A stretch of 63,681 nt of DNA, filler included, from Folioceros fuciformis (taxonomy: Eukaryota): NCBI GenBank assembly GCA_049999805.1. It is 9 parts of 9 records of this genome, joined end to end, with 100 filler letters (N's around TTAATTAATTAA, not from the genome) between each part and the next. Parts side by side here need not be neighbours in the genome. Positions count along the whole stretch, not along the records: positions 41,026 to 50,141 come from JBNGIO010000930.1; positions 50,242 to 61,985 come from JBNGIO010000931.1; 7 more parts are not named here. One strand, given 5' to 3'. Both the position numbers and the translations under genes were made by a program. Position 1 is the stretch's first letter; each line of letters opens with the position of its first letter. Under the pieces are notes generated by a model, which did not search any database, was not told where the DNA came from, and saw only the letters and a program-made list of their open reading frames with translations. Below, piece after piece: positions 47,231 to 59,248 of the stretch.

Positions 47231-47924
47231 ACCTCGACCTGTTAGCGTTAGTGTAGAGCGAAGTACTCAACTTGGAGGATTTCACACATCTGTGCAGAGT
47301 GTGTACTCTTGGCACATGCTCGTCGAGTGCGTGTTCTGAATCTCGGAAGTGTATGTACTTAGAAACATCATTTTTATAAAAGCTTTTGATTTCTCTTGGT
47401 TTGGTTTCTCTCCTGGTGGACAATAGCCCGAGCTTCTTGTGGGCCTATTGCACTTGCTTTATGTAAGTATTTCTTGTCTCAAGACTCTCTCAAAGTGGAA
47501 CAATGCGTGACACATGTACAACACCAGCAGGAACATGCCCAACCCTAGTCCACTAAATATGCCAATGAGAATCCATCAAATTGCACCATGGCGTGTCTTC
47601 GCTACTTGCGGCATCCTCGTGTCCTGGCCATTTGGAGTAGCATGCACAGCATAGCATGGCAAGTTATGGGGCAGACTACTCCTCACTTGTGTGGTGAGTC
47701 CCGAAGTAGCATCAAAACGGGACCCAGAGGGGACCCCTTGGCAGCAGCGCTGGAGGGGTCGCCAAGTGGTAGTTTGTCAGAAGTTATGGAAGGCGGGACT
47801 GGTAGTGTGAGCAGTGAACAGGATTCTGTCTGTGAGGCCATTGCAAAATTCATTCTCGTAAGCTGATGCTTGGTCCTATATTGTGCGAAGCCGGCCGTTG
47901 AGTAAGCAACATCGAATCTGTTGC

Positions 47925-49616
47925 ATGTCGCTGATGGACCTGATCAACGCAGCGTTGGATTTGGTGGTGCCGCCGAGCGGCGTCATTTTCCTGCTCTTCG
48001 CTTACCCTGTGATAGCCTTCTTCCAGTTCTGGAGCCATGTCTTCCGTTTCTTCTTCTACGAAAACGTGCAGGGCAAGGTTGTGCTCATCACTGGCGCATC
48101 GTCGGGGATCGGCGAGGTGAGCTTGGCACTGACAGAGTAGAAGCTCGTGTGTCTCTTCAAGCTTGAGCACCAGATCCTGTAGGGCTTCAAACGGCTTCGT
48201 GGATGCAGCATATAGCGTATGAGTACGCCAAGAAAGGAGCAAGACTCGCGCTGGTGGCAAGGCGGGAAAAGGTGTTGCGGAAAGTGGGAGACAGGTGCAG
48301 GCAACTCGGGGCTGCACATGTGCACCGTATTGTGGCTGATGTCGCCAAAGAAGAGGATTGCCGCAAGTTTGTGGACGAGACTATCAATCAGTTCGGACAC
48401 TGTAAGTCACCTCTGCTCTGGAACCTGTCCGAAGTGAAGTGGTCCACTTCGCACATATCTGGGAATATTGCGCTAGTGCAAGATTTCCGTGTTCCATGCT
48501 TTGCTTTCCATGAATTTTCTTTTCGCAGCCGTCTGCATCTGCTTGTTGCTCTCCCCTCCGCAAATTTGGCCGCTGATTCCACAAAACTGACAACCGTGAT
48601 GTCTCATATGTTTCGGATCTCACCAGTGGATCATCTGGTGTGCAATGCCGGCCTTTCAAGCCTCTTCTTCTTCGAGGAGGCGAGGGATCCATCGGCACTA
48701 TATCCAGTTATGGTAGGCAGCACATCTCAAAACTTAAGCTCTACTCTGATCGTAACTTCCCAAGCTTTGATTCCACGAGCTGGGCCAGCTTTGATTCCAC
48801 GAGCTGGGCCAGCTTTGATGTCATCGTAAGCATCTCATCCTCACCTTTGTCATCAGGATGTCACCTTCTGGGGATCAGTCCTCCCTACACACTACGCCCT
48901 CCCTCACCTTAGACGAAGCAAAGGCAAAATCGTCGTCATCGACTCCGTAGCATCGTGGTTCCCGTTTCCCCGTCACAGCATCTACAATGTAAGCTTGCTC
49001 CTCTCGCTCGACTCCGAAATCCATACCGTTTTCTGCAGGTGTCCTTACAAAGCCCTTGCCTCGTTGTTCTAACCGTACCTCTCTTTGCAGGCGGCAAAAG
49101 CAGGCGTCCTCCAATTTTTCGACACTCTCCGGGTGGAGGTTGGCAACAACGTGGGCATCACCATCGTCCAACCCGGCGCCACCGAAAGCGAGCTCCTACG
49201 GGGCAAGGCAGTGACCCCGGACGGGCGCGTCGAAATGCTTCCTGATGAAATCCGAGATGTAAGCACACTTCTCTTGACCTGTCCTCTGCGATGCCCCTCT
49301 TGTTTCTTCCACCCACCGACATATCTGTGACCACACGTCGTGCACTCTGTAGACTCAGTTCGGCCCCATGCCCGTCACCTACGCCGAGACAGTGGCCCGG
49401 GCCAGCGTACACGGTGCCCTGCGGGGCCACCGGTATGTGGTCGTCCCCTTCTGGTACTCCGTTCTGCTGCTATACCGCATCTTCGCCCCAGAGCTCCTCA
49501 CCTTCTGCCTCCGCCTCATGCTCACCAAGGTTAGCGACAAGAAGTACATCACCATGTTGGAGCAGCCAGGAGTGAAACGAGCTACGTACCCTGAATCCAT
49601 CATCAAATCCGAGTAG
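47925..49616 (+). CDS. HSD: Steroleosin / HSD-like SDR, tandem copy 2 (6 exons)
   Basis: Same exon structure and motifs as copy 1, ending YPESIIKSE*. Confidence 0.9.
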
Positions 49617-50141
49617 GGCTGGGTTTTCTGCAGGATGTGATGTGTAGATGATATACCACACAACCTTTACGGCAGGCAGCCCGCCAGGGTCCCAAACCAC
49701 CAAGCATTCCCTCAAGAGCCTGTACAGAGCAAGTGCTAAGCGGCAGATAATGTAATGGTTCACTTTTCGAACTTTGGATTTTCGTGGTCATCACATTGGA
49801 TTTGGTATCACAATACAGTATCCAGGAGGCATTTCCAGTGTATTCATCCAAGCATGGTGAAAGCACTTGTGAAAGCATCGTGATGGAGTTGCACGCCAGC
49901 GTGCTGGCGTGTGTGGGAGGAATTTGGGAAAGATGTGGAGAATCAGCGGTGGGAGGGCTTGTGTGGACGATGCTGCGACGCGCGATCTCGCTGGCCTGCT
50001 CCCACACTTGCTTGATTAGCCACTAAGATTGACGATGGTAGACGGCGTCTACTGGCTATGGTAGACGGCGTCTACGGGTGCTGTCTGTGAGCTCGCGGCT
50101 CGCCGATGAAGAAGATCGTAGCAGCTGGCGGTGTGCCGTGC

Positions 50142-50241
50142 NNNNNNNNNNNNNNNNNNNNNNNNNNNNNNNNNNNNNNNNNNNNTTAATTAATTAANNN
50201 NNNNNNNNNNNNNNNNNNNNNNNNNNNNNNNNNNNNNNNNN
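50142..50241. other. Artificial assembly spacer
   Basis: N44-TTAATTAATTAA-N44. Confidence 0.98.
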
Positions 50242-52883
50242 TTGTTCAAGACCAAGCCCCGGACGGCTCAAGAGCTTGTCCGGGCGACTAGGGAACTTCT
50301 GCTTGCCGTGGATCAGCTGCCACTGCGGGATTCCAAAAGGGAGGAGAAGGTGCGGCTTACTGTGGCCGTGCAAGCGGAAAGGAAGCAGAGATGGTGGAAT
50401 CGTAATTCGATACTCTTGTGCGGAAGGATGAATGTCTTATCTTGTTGCTGCGTTCTTCCGTGGCAGATTGCCGAATTGGTCAAAGATATCCGGGAGATGA
50501 AGATTGCGCTCTATGGGAACAGTGAATGCGAGCCCGTGCCGGAGGTGCAAACGCAATTGACGCAGGAGGTGTTTCGGGAGAACACGTTCAGGCTTCTCAT
50601 CCTAGTGCTTCCCAAGCTGGAATTGGAGGTGACAAGCGGATAATTTACCTCCTTGCTTGCTCTTGGAGCAGCAGTCTGACTCCGTTTGATGCGCTGTAGG
50701 CACGCAAGGATATCACGCAAGTGGTTGCCAACTTGCAGCGGCAGCAGGTGCAATACCGCCTTATTGCCTGTGATTACTTGGAAGCGAACAAGGATTTGCT
50801 GGATCGGCTTGTTGCAGGGTGAGTGAGGGCGCGAACTGCAATCTACAGGGTCGCAGGGCAGCCCGATCAACCTCTTGTCTGTAGCGATGACATGCATCTT
50901 TGATGCGCATCGCCTTCTGCGTATTCGTCCTGGTAGCCCCCTTCTTGTCGCCCTAATCTGGTCCACACTCGTAGAAGCCTGCTTCGTGTGAGCTTCAAGC
51001 TTCTTGCAGCTTTATCCCTGCTCTAAAGCATAGAACAGGGCCGGGGATGCAAGACGGGTGAATCTCACTGCGCGAAGGCTGTTGTAGATGCCCTTTGTTG
51101 CAGTTCGGTGATGACACTGCCCGATATTTATGTGTGTCTGTGTAGAAGTTTTACTTGGAGTTCTTTTCCGTAATCTGGCGTGCTTCCTTTTCAGGTATGA
51201 GGATCCAGAAGTCGCCTTGCATTACGGTTCGATGCTTCGAGAGTGTATTCGACATCAAAGTATCACCCGGTACTGTATTGGTAGCTTGTATTGGTGGCAG
51301 CTTATTTTTCTTTCCAAGTTTCACCTGTGGTAGTCTAATTAGGTTCAAAGTTTGTCATAATGTGTCATGTCCTACGCTGCCTACATAAGCCGGCCACTCA
51401 TGCAGTACTCCTGCACGTTGGGCTTTCCTGTTTAGTCACTTTCATCCTTTTGTTTGCTGAGAGCTGCCAGTTTTACATGGTCAGATGTGTTCTGGAGTCA
51501 GAAAACATTGCCAAGATTTTTGACTACTTTGAGCTTCCCAATTTTGATGTGGCATCTGATGCTGCAGCAACTTTCAAGGTCAGCTTGACCCTCTGCTGTC
51601 CCCGTTATTGTACACAATGGGAATTATGTTGAAGCTTTTCGCAGATTGTTACTACCGCCGTTGCACCAATTTGCTAAAAAGGGGCCTCTCGTTGTCTTTA
51701 ATTTTTTCCCAACTTTTGAGTCACTCTCTAATCGCGTGTGAGAGGCGACATTGGCCTAAAACTTCCGCACAGTTTGTCTGTTCTTCCTCTTTTTCCACTG
51801 GTGTCCTCTGCTGAAGTGTGTCGACTCCTGTTGAGTAGTGCAACCCAGGGCCCCGCCCTTTCGTTTACAGTCTTGGAAGTCACTTGTGGTTCATTTTGCG
51901 TGGCTCGGTAAACAGGAGCTTTTGACGAGACACAAGTCGACTGTTGCGGAGTACCTCAACAAAAATTATGACTGGGTGACTATTTCATCGTTTAGGATTG
52001 TTGATCTGCTCAAGTTTTTGTTGTTCTAGATTTAGGATTCAGTACTATGACCTTCCTGTCTACAGTTCTTCACTAATTTCAACACTAAATTATTGGAGTC
52101 AGAGAAATATATTACAAGGCGACTGGCAGTGAAGGTGCGTAAGCGTAAGCCCATGTGACTTGATCTCGTGGTACATGATGTGCTTGGTGGTGGAGGATGC
52201 TTCTAGCACCTTCTCTCTGTTATTTCTTAGAGCAGCATTTTCTAGTGCTACTTTTCTGACTGGGCATGTGTCTTGATGTAAGCAGCTGCTCGGAGACATT
52301 CTTCTTGATCGAGCGAATGTTACTGTAATGATGCGATACGTGAGCTCGAAAGAAAATCTCATCATCCTTATGACTCTTTTGAAGGTGGGCTGCATATTGT
52401 TACAGTCATTGGTTGTCGTTTACCTTTTTGCTCTCCATTCTGTTATCTTGTCAATGTGAAGAAGCTTTGCGATGGGTTGACTTGAAACTGCAGGATCCAA
52501 GCAAGAATATTCAAGTTGAAGCTTTCCATGTTTTCAAGGTTTAGCTTCAATCACTGCTCTTGCCGTCCTTCTAGACATGTTGATGGCTTAAACTCACGTT
52601 CATGCTTCAAGGCTCCAGGTATTTGTGGCAAATGCAAATAAGCCTGCAGACATTGTGAACATCCTTGTGTGCAATCGCACTAAGCTACTGCGGTTCTTCA
52701 GTACCTTCAAGATGGAAAAAGGTACCTTCAAAGTGAGAGAGTTCACTGCCAACATTTCACATCTTTTCTTGAAAATTATAGCTTGCTTTCATGGTGTACA
52801 CAGAGGATCAGCAATTTGAACAAGACAAGGCACAGGTTGTGAATGAGATTTCCAGCTTGTCTGCTCCAGGAGGATGTGCTTAA
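50242..52883 (+). CDS. MO25: MO25/CAB39-like scaffold protein, multi-exon (start codon lost in the gap)
   Basis: [82 protein letters not shown] and [15 protein letters not shown]. Confidence 0.95.
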
Positions 52884-53151
52884 CGCTGGTTCTTCCTGCT
52901 CTCCCCGTCTTCAGAAGAAGCCTCGGCCTTTAAAGCAGTCTTCGTAAGCAACTTAAACCTAAATCAATCGACCCACTTCAGGTTTAGCCGAGCGCATTAA
53001 CTTGGAGGTGAAACAAGCCACAGAAGCTAGAGGATCTCCAGAAATACGGAGGGGAACGGAGCAGGAAGCCCTTTGAAAATGCCGCCCTAGAGGATCCCTG
53101 CCAGTGGTTTCCTTGTACTGGAGGTTGAATCAGTTTTGGATGTTTCTCCAG

Positions 53152-53375
53152 GATTCTGCGACCAATCTCGTCATAGTTTGTAATTTTCTGTTGTATAATT
53201 ATGATTCTGCGACCAATCTGGTCATAGTTTGTAGTTTCCTGTTGTATAATTATGATCCTGCGACCAATCTGGTCACAGTTTGTAATTTTCTGTTGTATAA
53301 TTATGATTCTGCGACCAATCTGGTCATAGTTTGCAATGTTGTGTCGTAGAATTATGATTTTGGCGACTCAATTAC
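53152..53375. repeat. 51-bp tandem repeat, ~4.3 copies
   Basis: Unit GATTCTGCGACCAATCTGGTCATAGTTTGTAATTTTCTGTTGTATAATTAT. Confidence 0.95.
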
Positions 53376-53400
53376 AGACGTAGCTACAAGTGAAGGCAAA

Positions 53401-53590
53401 GAAATAAGGCGGTATAACAGGAAGGAAGGATAAGTACAAGTTTGACAGCAAAGCAAACTCGGCATCAATTAGCAGCGTTTACCTATGGAATACCGAGAAA
53501 TAAGGCGGTATACCAGGAAGGAAGGAGAAGTACAAGGATGACAGCAAAGCAAACTCGGCATCAATCAGCAGCGTTTACCTATGGAACACA
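53401..53590. repeat. 96-bp tandem duplication
   Basis: GAAATAAGGCGGTATA...GCAGCGTTTACCTATGGAA at 53401 and 53497. Confidence 0.9.
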
Positions 53591-53867
53591 GATTCGGACA
53601 TGGCCTACACCGATGTTTTTTTTCTGGAATATGTATTTATACAAGAATATATAGTGGCATCTCGGGTAGATTCCCATATTGATCCTAACCAAGGACCTAC
53701 CTGTACACCGTATAGGGACTTTTTTTCTATCACACTAAGGGGCATGTGGACCTATAGACATGTCCTATGTTTTTTATTTGGGTTCATACACCCTCATCGT
53801 AAAAAATCAAGAGGGCACATAGTGTTTTAAGATACACTACACACTTATAAAACATGTCGGGGGTTCG

Positions 53868-54044
53868 TCCCGATTGACACCGCCGTGAGGGCTCCCGATT
53901 GCCACTGCTGTGAGGGCTCCTAATTGACACCACCGTGAGGGCTCCCGATTGACACCGTTGTGAGGGCTCCCGATTGCCACCGCTGTGAGGGCTCCTAATT
54001 GACACCACCGTGAGGGATCTCGATTGACATCCCCGTGAGAGCTC
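53868..54044. repeat. 25-bp tandem repeat x7 with 75-bp higher-order period
   Basis: Unit CCCGATTGACACCGCCGTGAGGGCT. Variants recur in an A-B-C-A-B-C pattern. Confidence 0.9.
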
Positions 54045-55510
54045 GTTTACGGTTTCGGGTTTAGGTCCAGTCTAGGACGTGCACACCGACACGCTTACAA
54101 CAGCAACACAGTTCTTGTTTCAACCCTGCATTTCCATCATACTGCAACTTGAGGTTGCTCCAACACTTCTGTGCAAATGACATCTTAAGAATTGCAGCTA
54201 CAAGAAGCCATAGCTGCTCTTACACGGTTCACAAAAACATGAAGTTCATTATGCTAGACCATACCTCCACCGCTGGAAGTGGCCATTTTCACCGTACGCG
54301 GCCTTCCGCAGTCTATCCCCGACAGCCCAATTCCAAGTCCCTGCTGCAATCTTTGCCATCACTTCTAGGCTTGGGTCTCCGTCCACCATAGCCTCAGCTT
54401 CTGCTTGAGCGTGGTCGGGTGCACCAAGCTCTGCACCCTGCCCACCCACGCTGAGGGTTGTGTCCTTTTTCCCCCCAGCACTTGCCTTCTCTTGTAGGGG
54501 GGGAAGATGTCCTTCCCCCACTGCCTCTCCCGCAGTCAAGTCTGCAGGCAGGTGTGCAGGTGTGCTGCCATTCCCTTGAAAGAGCACAATGGCGAGGTTG
54601 TCGGCGTGGTCAGCATCGGCCACAGTTTTGTCATCACCTACAGTAGTGTTGACGGCCTTCAGGTTGCCCCACACCCCTACCGCTGTAGTCTCTGCCATCC
54701 TCTGTTTCAAGCCACCGTGGTCCCCTTCGCACTGCTGCCGCCTTCTCCCTTGGCCTGCACCTAATAGGCCCACTTGCCTACTTCCTTGGCTTGCACCAAA
54801 CAGGCCCGCTCACTTGCTCCCTTGGCCTGTACCAAACAGGCCTGCTCGCTTGCTCCCTATTTTGCACCCTCCCAAGCACGCACACCTGGCCACACTTCCC
54901 TTGAAACCTGGATGTTGCGCTCCCACTCCAGTTTGAGGGGCCGTCAATCTCACTAACGACCTGGCTGTACGCTCTTCACTTTAGTACTGCAAGTACGTTG
55001 TGCCCATGCAAACCCGCGAGCTTTGCACCCTTTGCAGTTCCTGCTGCACGGTGCCCATTGCATGCACCTCTCACTACGGACAACAACAAGCTCGCCACCC
55101 GAATGCCACCCCCGCATCTACATTCATACAAATGGTGATTCAACCTGCATGCGACAATTGCATTTTCGGCCCACCATTTTCCTGTCTTCTGAAAATGTGC
55201 ACCACTCATCTGGTACTCTGCCAACCTCATTTGGGGCATTGAATTGCAACTCCTTAGTGGAAGCCATTGCTTTTTGAAGGGTCACACTTTTGCATGGCCG
55301 ACCTCCATCCTGCACACCTCACCACCCCTCCACAACCTCCCCCACTTGCTATTCGTTTGGGGAATCCTCCCATATCGGCGCACTCCATACCTTCACTCAC
55401 GGCTGCCTCATAGCTTCTCGTTTACCCATGCCTGTTACTCACATCATTCCATATGGGCGCCTCCTACCTGCCTTCCCAACCCTTTCACCCACTTCCAACC
55501 TTCACTCCCC

Positions 55511-56471
55511 TCACAAAGCTTGTGGGTACGTGTATGCGACGACAGCAATAGTCCAAATGAATGTAATTGCCATAACCGTAGAGGGTAGCCACGACAACCA
55601 AAATGCAGGCCACAACAACACCCCCAAACATAACCCATCTCCTGTTACAATTGGAAGTGGCTGGCATGCCCACAGGTTTGGCATGCTAGTCAGCAGACTT
55701 CCCACAATGCATTTGTTTGTAGGGAAGAAGCGTCCCCCACCCTCATCCTCCATGCACACAACGTGCTGCAGGACCACATCTGCCTTCCAATCGTTGCATG
55801 GGTTCCTCACCATAGTTACCACATGCACCTTTTTCCTAATTGCGCGTCTGACGACGTCCATCGCATGGCCACTGACCTCATGGGCGACAAACTCGGTTGC
55901 CTCCATGCCAAATATCTGGCTGGCTGCAGAGAATGCTGTTGCCCATACCCGACAATTGCCGTCCTGGAGCAAAACGCGTACTCGGAACGTCAATGTTCTC
56001 CCGCACCAGCCCTCGCACTTTTTGCACCACGCCGTGTCCTCGGCTGTGTGGCAAATACAGCACCTGTGGTATACCAAGAATTTGGATGTATCGATGGCAA
56101 CAACGACTGCTCCCAACTTCAATAGGCCCATCTGGTGCATTGCATTCATTCACTGCACGTTGCACCCAATGTAGTGTTAGTCCATCCAATGCAGCGACTA
56201 ACACTGCAATGTCTGCTTCATTAAACCTTGTACACTGAGCGGCAGGAGGCCTAAAAACCCTGAAATGAGGAATATGTTGTAAAGATGCAATTGGGTGCTC
56301 GTGGTGGAAAACCCTAAAAAGAGAATATTCTATAAAGATCCAACCCTAGAATAAAGATCCAACCCTAGTAAAGAGGAAAACATGTATGACAATTTTGTAG
56401 AGTTTAAACCTGAAAAGCAAGAGGTTTACACTTGTTTCCTGAAATATGTACGTGTTGTGGTGTTTTTCCAT
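55511..56471 (-). pseudogene. RPA70 C-terminal-like OB-fold/zinc-ribbon gene (spliced, one apparent frameshift), probably TE-borne
   Basis: AVVVAID...YHRCCIC...WCKKC...TFRVRVLLQDGNCRVWATAFSAASQIFGMEATEF fits the Rep_fac-A_C pattern. Confidence 0.65.
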
Positions 56472-56635
56472 GTCCTCTTTGAAAATGGGCATGAGAAAAG
56501 AATATTGGTGAAGATATCAAAGGAAAAACCATTACAAAACGTAGAGAGAGAGAGTGTCCCGCTTGGCATTCCATAGGAAGGGCCCATGCACGAAAGGATA
56601 TTCCCAATCCGGGAGCAGAACGGATTCCTACCCGG

Positions 56636-57940
56636 CTAATTAATCTTCCTGCCTCTGCCAGAAGGGGCCTCGCTTGCATGTCTGATAGCCCACGTGAGCT
56701 CGTACGTCTTGGCCGCGTCTTCCCAGGAGGACAAGATACCCGATTTGTCTGAATGTCGAGCAGCGGCGACCACAGTCTCCATCTGATTCAGGTAAGGGTC
56801 GTCACCGGGGGCCGTGTAAACTTTTGGTTCGTCGCTGGCAGGAGATCTGACTTTGAGCACTGGCGAGTGGTAGGGGTCCACCAGATGCAGAAGCCAGCCG
56901 TCGGCATGCACTTCCAACTCGCAGTTGAACTTGACGCCCTGCAGGTTGATGCCATGCACGATCGAACCCACGGCACCCGACTTGTACTTCCAGATTGCTG
57001 AAGTTAGCCGAGGGATACGATCCTCCTCCGGGATGCTCTCCTCGTCGATCGGGATGCTAGAGAGCTTCCCGGGGGCATCGTTGTGCTCCACCGCGTGCGC
57101 CTGCACAGTGGGAATGTCCACGTCGCCCCCGAAGTATCGAGACAGGTCGCAGAAGTGCGTTCCCTGTTCGACAATCGGGCCGCATGAGATGCTCTTCATC
57201 CACCATTCCTTCTTGGCGATGGCGGCGTAGCAGCACGTGTAGCGGGCCACCGTTCCTATCACGGTCAATTTGTTGTGGCTGATGATGTCTTTCATGGTCT
57301 GCACCAGCTTCAGGTACCGCATAAAGTAGCCGACGGACACCAGGCGTTGCTTCTCCGCCAAACACTTGCCTACCAGCTTCACGTCCTGCACGGGGGAGCT
57401 TGACATTGGCTTCTCCACAAACAGCACGAAGTTATTGGCGAGCGAGTTAGAGAGCTGAATTTCGATGTCCGTCCCTGTTGCGGTGTTGCCGTGATATGCT
57501 GGTGGCACGCCGACCAGCACCAAGTCGGGCTTGAGAGAGTTGCTGTCAGGAGCAGATGCTAGATCCGCAAGGAAGGCAGAAACATCGTCGTATTCCTTTG
57601 TGTTTGCATACGAGGAAGCCGTGGGAGACGATCTTTTGAGAGCCAAAACTCTTTCGCGACCCGCAGGGCTGACGAGTGCTGTCACCTCCAAATTGTCGCC
57701 AAGAATGCTGCAGGGAAAACAGCGACGACATATTCAAGTGCCTGACAGCCAAGTCCAAAAAACAGGAGTCGCCGCCTACAAATGGCCTCAGGACAAGGCA
57801 ACGTATGACTGTCACCTTTCCAACCGCGCAGAATGGTTCCATGGACCTTCCAAACTTCCGAAATTCACACCTCCCGCTCCTACAAACACTACTTTAAACT
57901 TAGAGGACGAAGAAACCGACTCCGTAGATTGAGCAGCCAT
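56636..57940 (-). CDS. Gfo/Idh/MocA NAD(P)-binding oxidoreductase of the fungal type (exons 57940-57816, 57707-56636; ~398 aa)
   Basis: KVVFVGAGGVNFGSLEGPWNHSARLE, FVEKP, VSVGYFMRY, GPIVEQGTHFCDLSRYFGG, RIPRLTSAIWKY..GAVG and ELEVHADG. One GT-AG intron, intact frame. Confidence 0.9.
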
Positions 57941-59248
57941 TGCGATGCTAGCTGCTGTTGGAAGGTAGAGGAGATCAAAAGCAAGACACAACCAAAGGTC
58001 GTTCTGAGGCCTGACTTTGAACACCTTCCGTGGGCACCATTTGAGCAAGGTCGCATAGAAAAACTTAAGTTTCTGTCGTGGAACTCTGGCCACAACTGTC
58101 AGAATGCTGTGACCTTGTGGCCACAAATGTGACAGACATTTGTGGCCACAAATGTCACAGACATTTGGGACCACAGCTCTTCCCAGACGCCGCTAAGGGC
58201 GAGACGCTTTCCCCATTCGCGCGTCCTCTCTCGCCGTCCACCTCTCGTCCATCCGAACAAAGAGGAGTATGCCTTGCTTCATGTCCCTTTCCGGTTGGTT
58301 TCTCTTGTCCACCCTTGTTCACTCTTAGCTTCCCACACATCCGACGGTTTCCTGTGCTGCACGGATCTTTGATATCGAACGAGTCCTCGTTCAGCGTTGT
58401 CAACACAGACGGAGCCAGCCAGAGCATTTCGGTCGGGGTGTAAAAGGTTTGGTGAGGAAGGGCGGAGGAATGAAGGAGATTCTCAAGTGGATGTGTTCTG
58501 ATAGCCTTACGGGGTCTACCTTGAGCAACCGGTGAACCCAACCAAATTAGACCCAAAATACTCAAAGCATTATTCGCCATGGCAGCACCGACGCCGTTTG
58601 GCTACTGACAGGGATGATTGATAAGCCCAATTCATGCAAGATAGAGGTTACCTTCGTCTTCACCCGTGCTGTAGCATTTATACCAGCGTTGCCTCTCGTC
58701 TTGGGAGAGCAAGGTGAGGGAGGTCATCGCCAAGTCTTCTGGTGCTGAATCTTGATGCCTTGTGTTGTCTAAACATCTACACAAGCTACCTACCTGTACG
58801 CCCGAGTGCTGTGGTCATGCACATCACTTGGGCATTGTGCCAGTTTTATTGTAACATTCCTCTTCCGACAGCGGCCCCTGAAGGATATCCACGGTATGCA
58901 AACCGGACCCGATGTTCATCCGACAAATTGGTGTGGATACAGGGACTCTACTAGGATCTCCGGCAAATAGATCCTCCAGGTGCAGGACTGTAACCAGCCC
59001 AGGACTTCCACTTCCGAGAACATGTGTGGGTAGGGGCTGGTTACCCAGCGATGGTTGTTTGCCGGGAGCAGGAGCAGGAGCAGGCGCAGGAGCAGGCACA
59101 GGAGTTCTTGTGGCAATAATTTTTCCTCGACCCTACCATGTGGTGGGACAGAAGACGAGATAAGAAGAGCTCCCGTTCGCCTGATTTCCGACGGAAGGGA
59201 TCCGGCGAGGTGCGGAGGTTAAACAACATGTTCAAGCCAGCTTGGGTT

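Noticed and set aside
48763-48818. 24-bp duplication in a steroleosin intron
   Set aside because: Ordinary slippage duplication inside an intron.
53020-53130. CTAG motifs as a possible Helitron 3' terminus
   Set aside because: No correctly placed hairpin or A|T insertion context was found.
53104-53349. ORF with a 17-aa repeat (DSATNLVIVCNFLLYNY)
   Set aside because: Translation of a 51-bp minisatellite with a non-ATG start; no coding evidence.
53868-54044. 25-bp array as possible CRISPR or iteron array
   Set aside because: Head-to-tail minisatellite without spacers.
58155-59235. Minus-strand stretch with splice-like sites and a (PA)n tract
   Set aside because: I could not assemble a consistent open frame or recognise a family; could be a lncRNA or a decayed gene.
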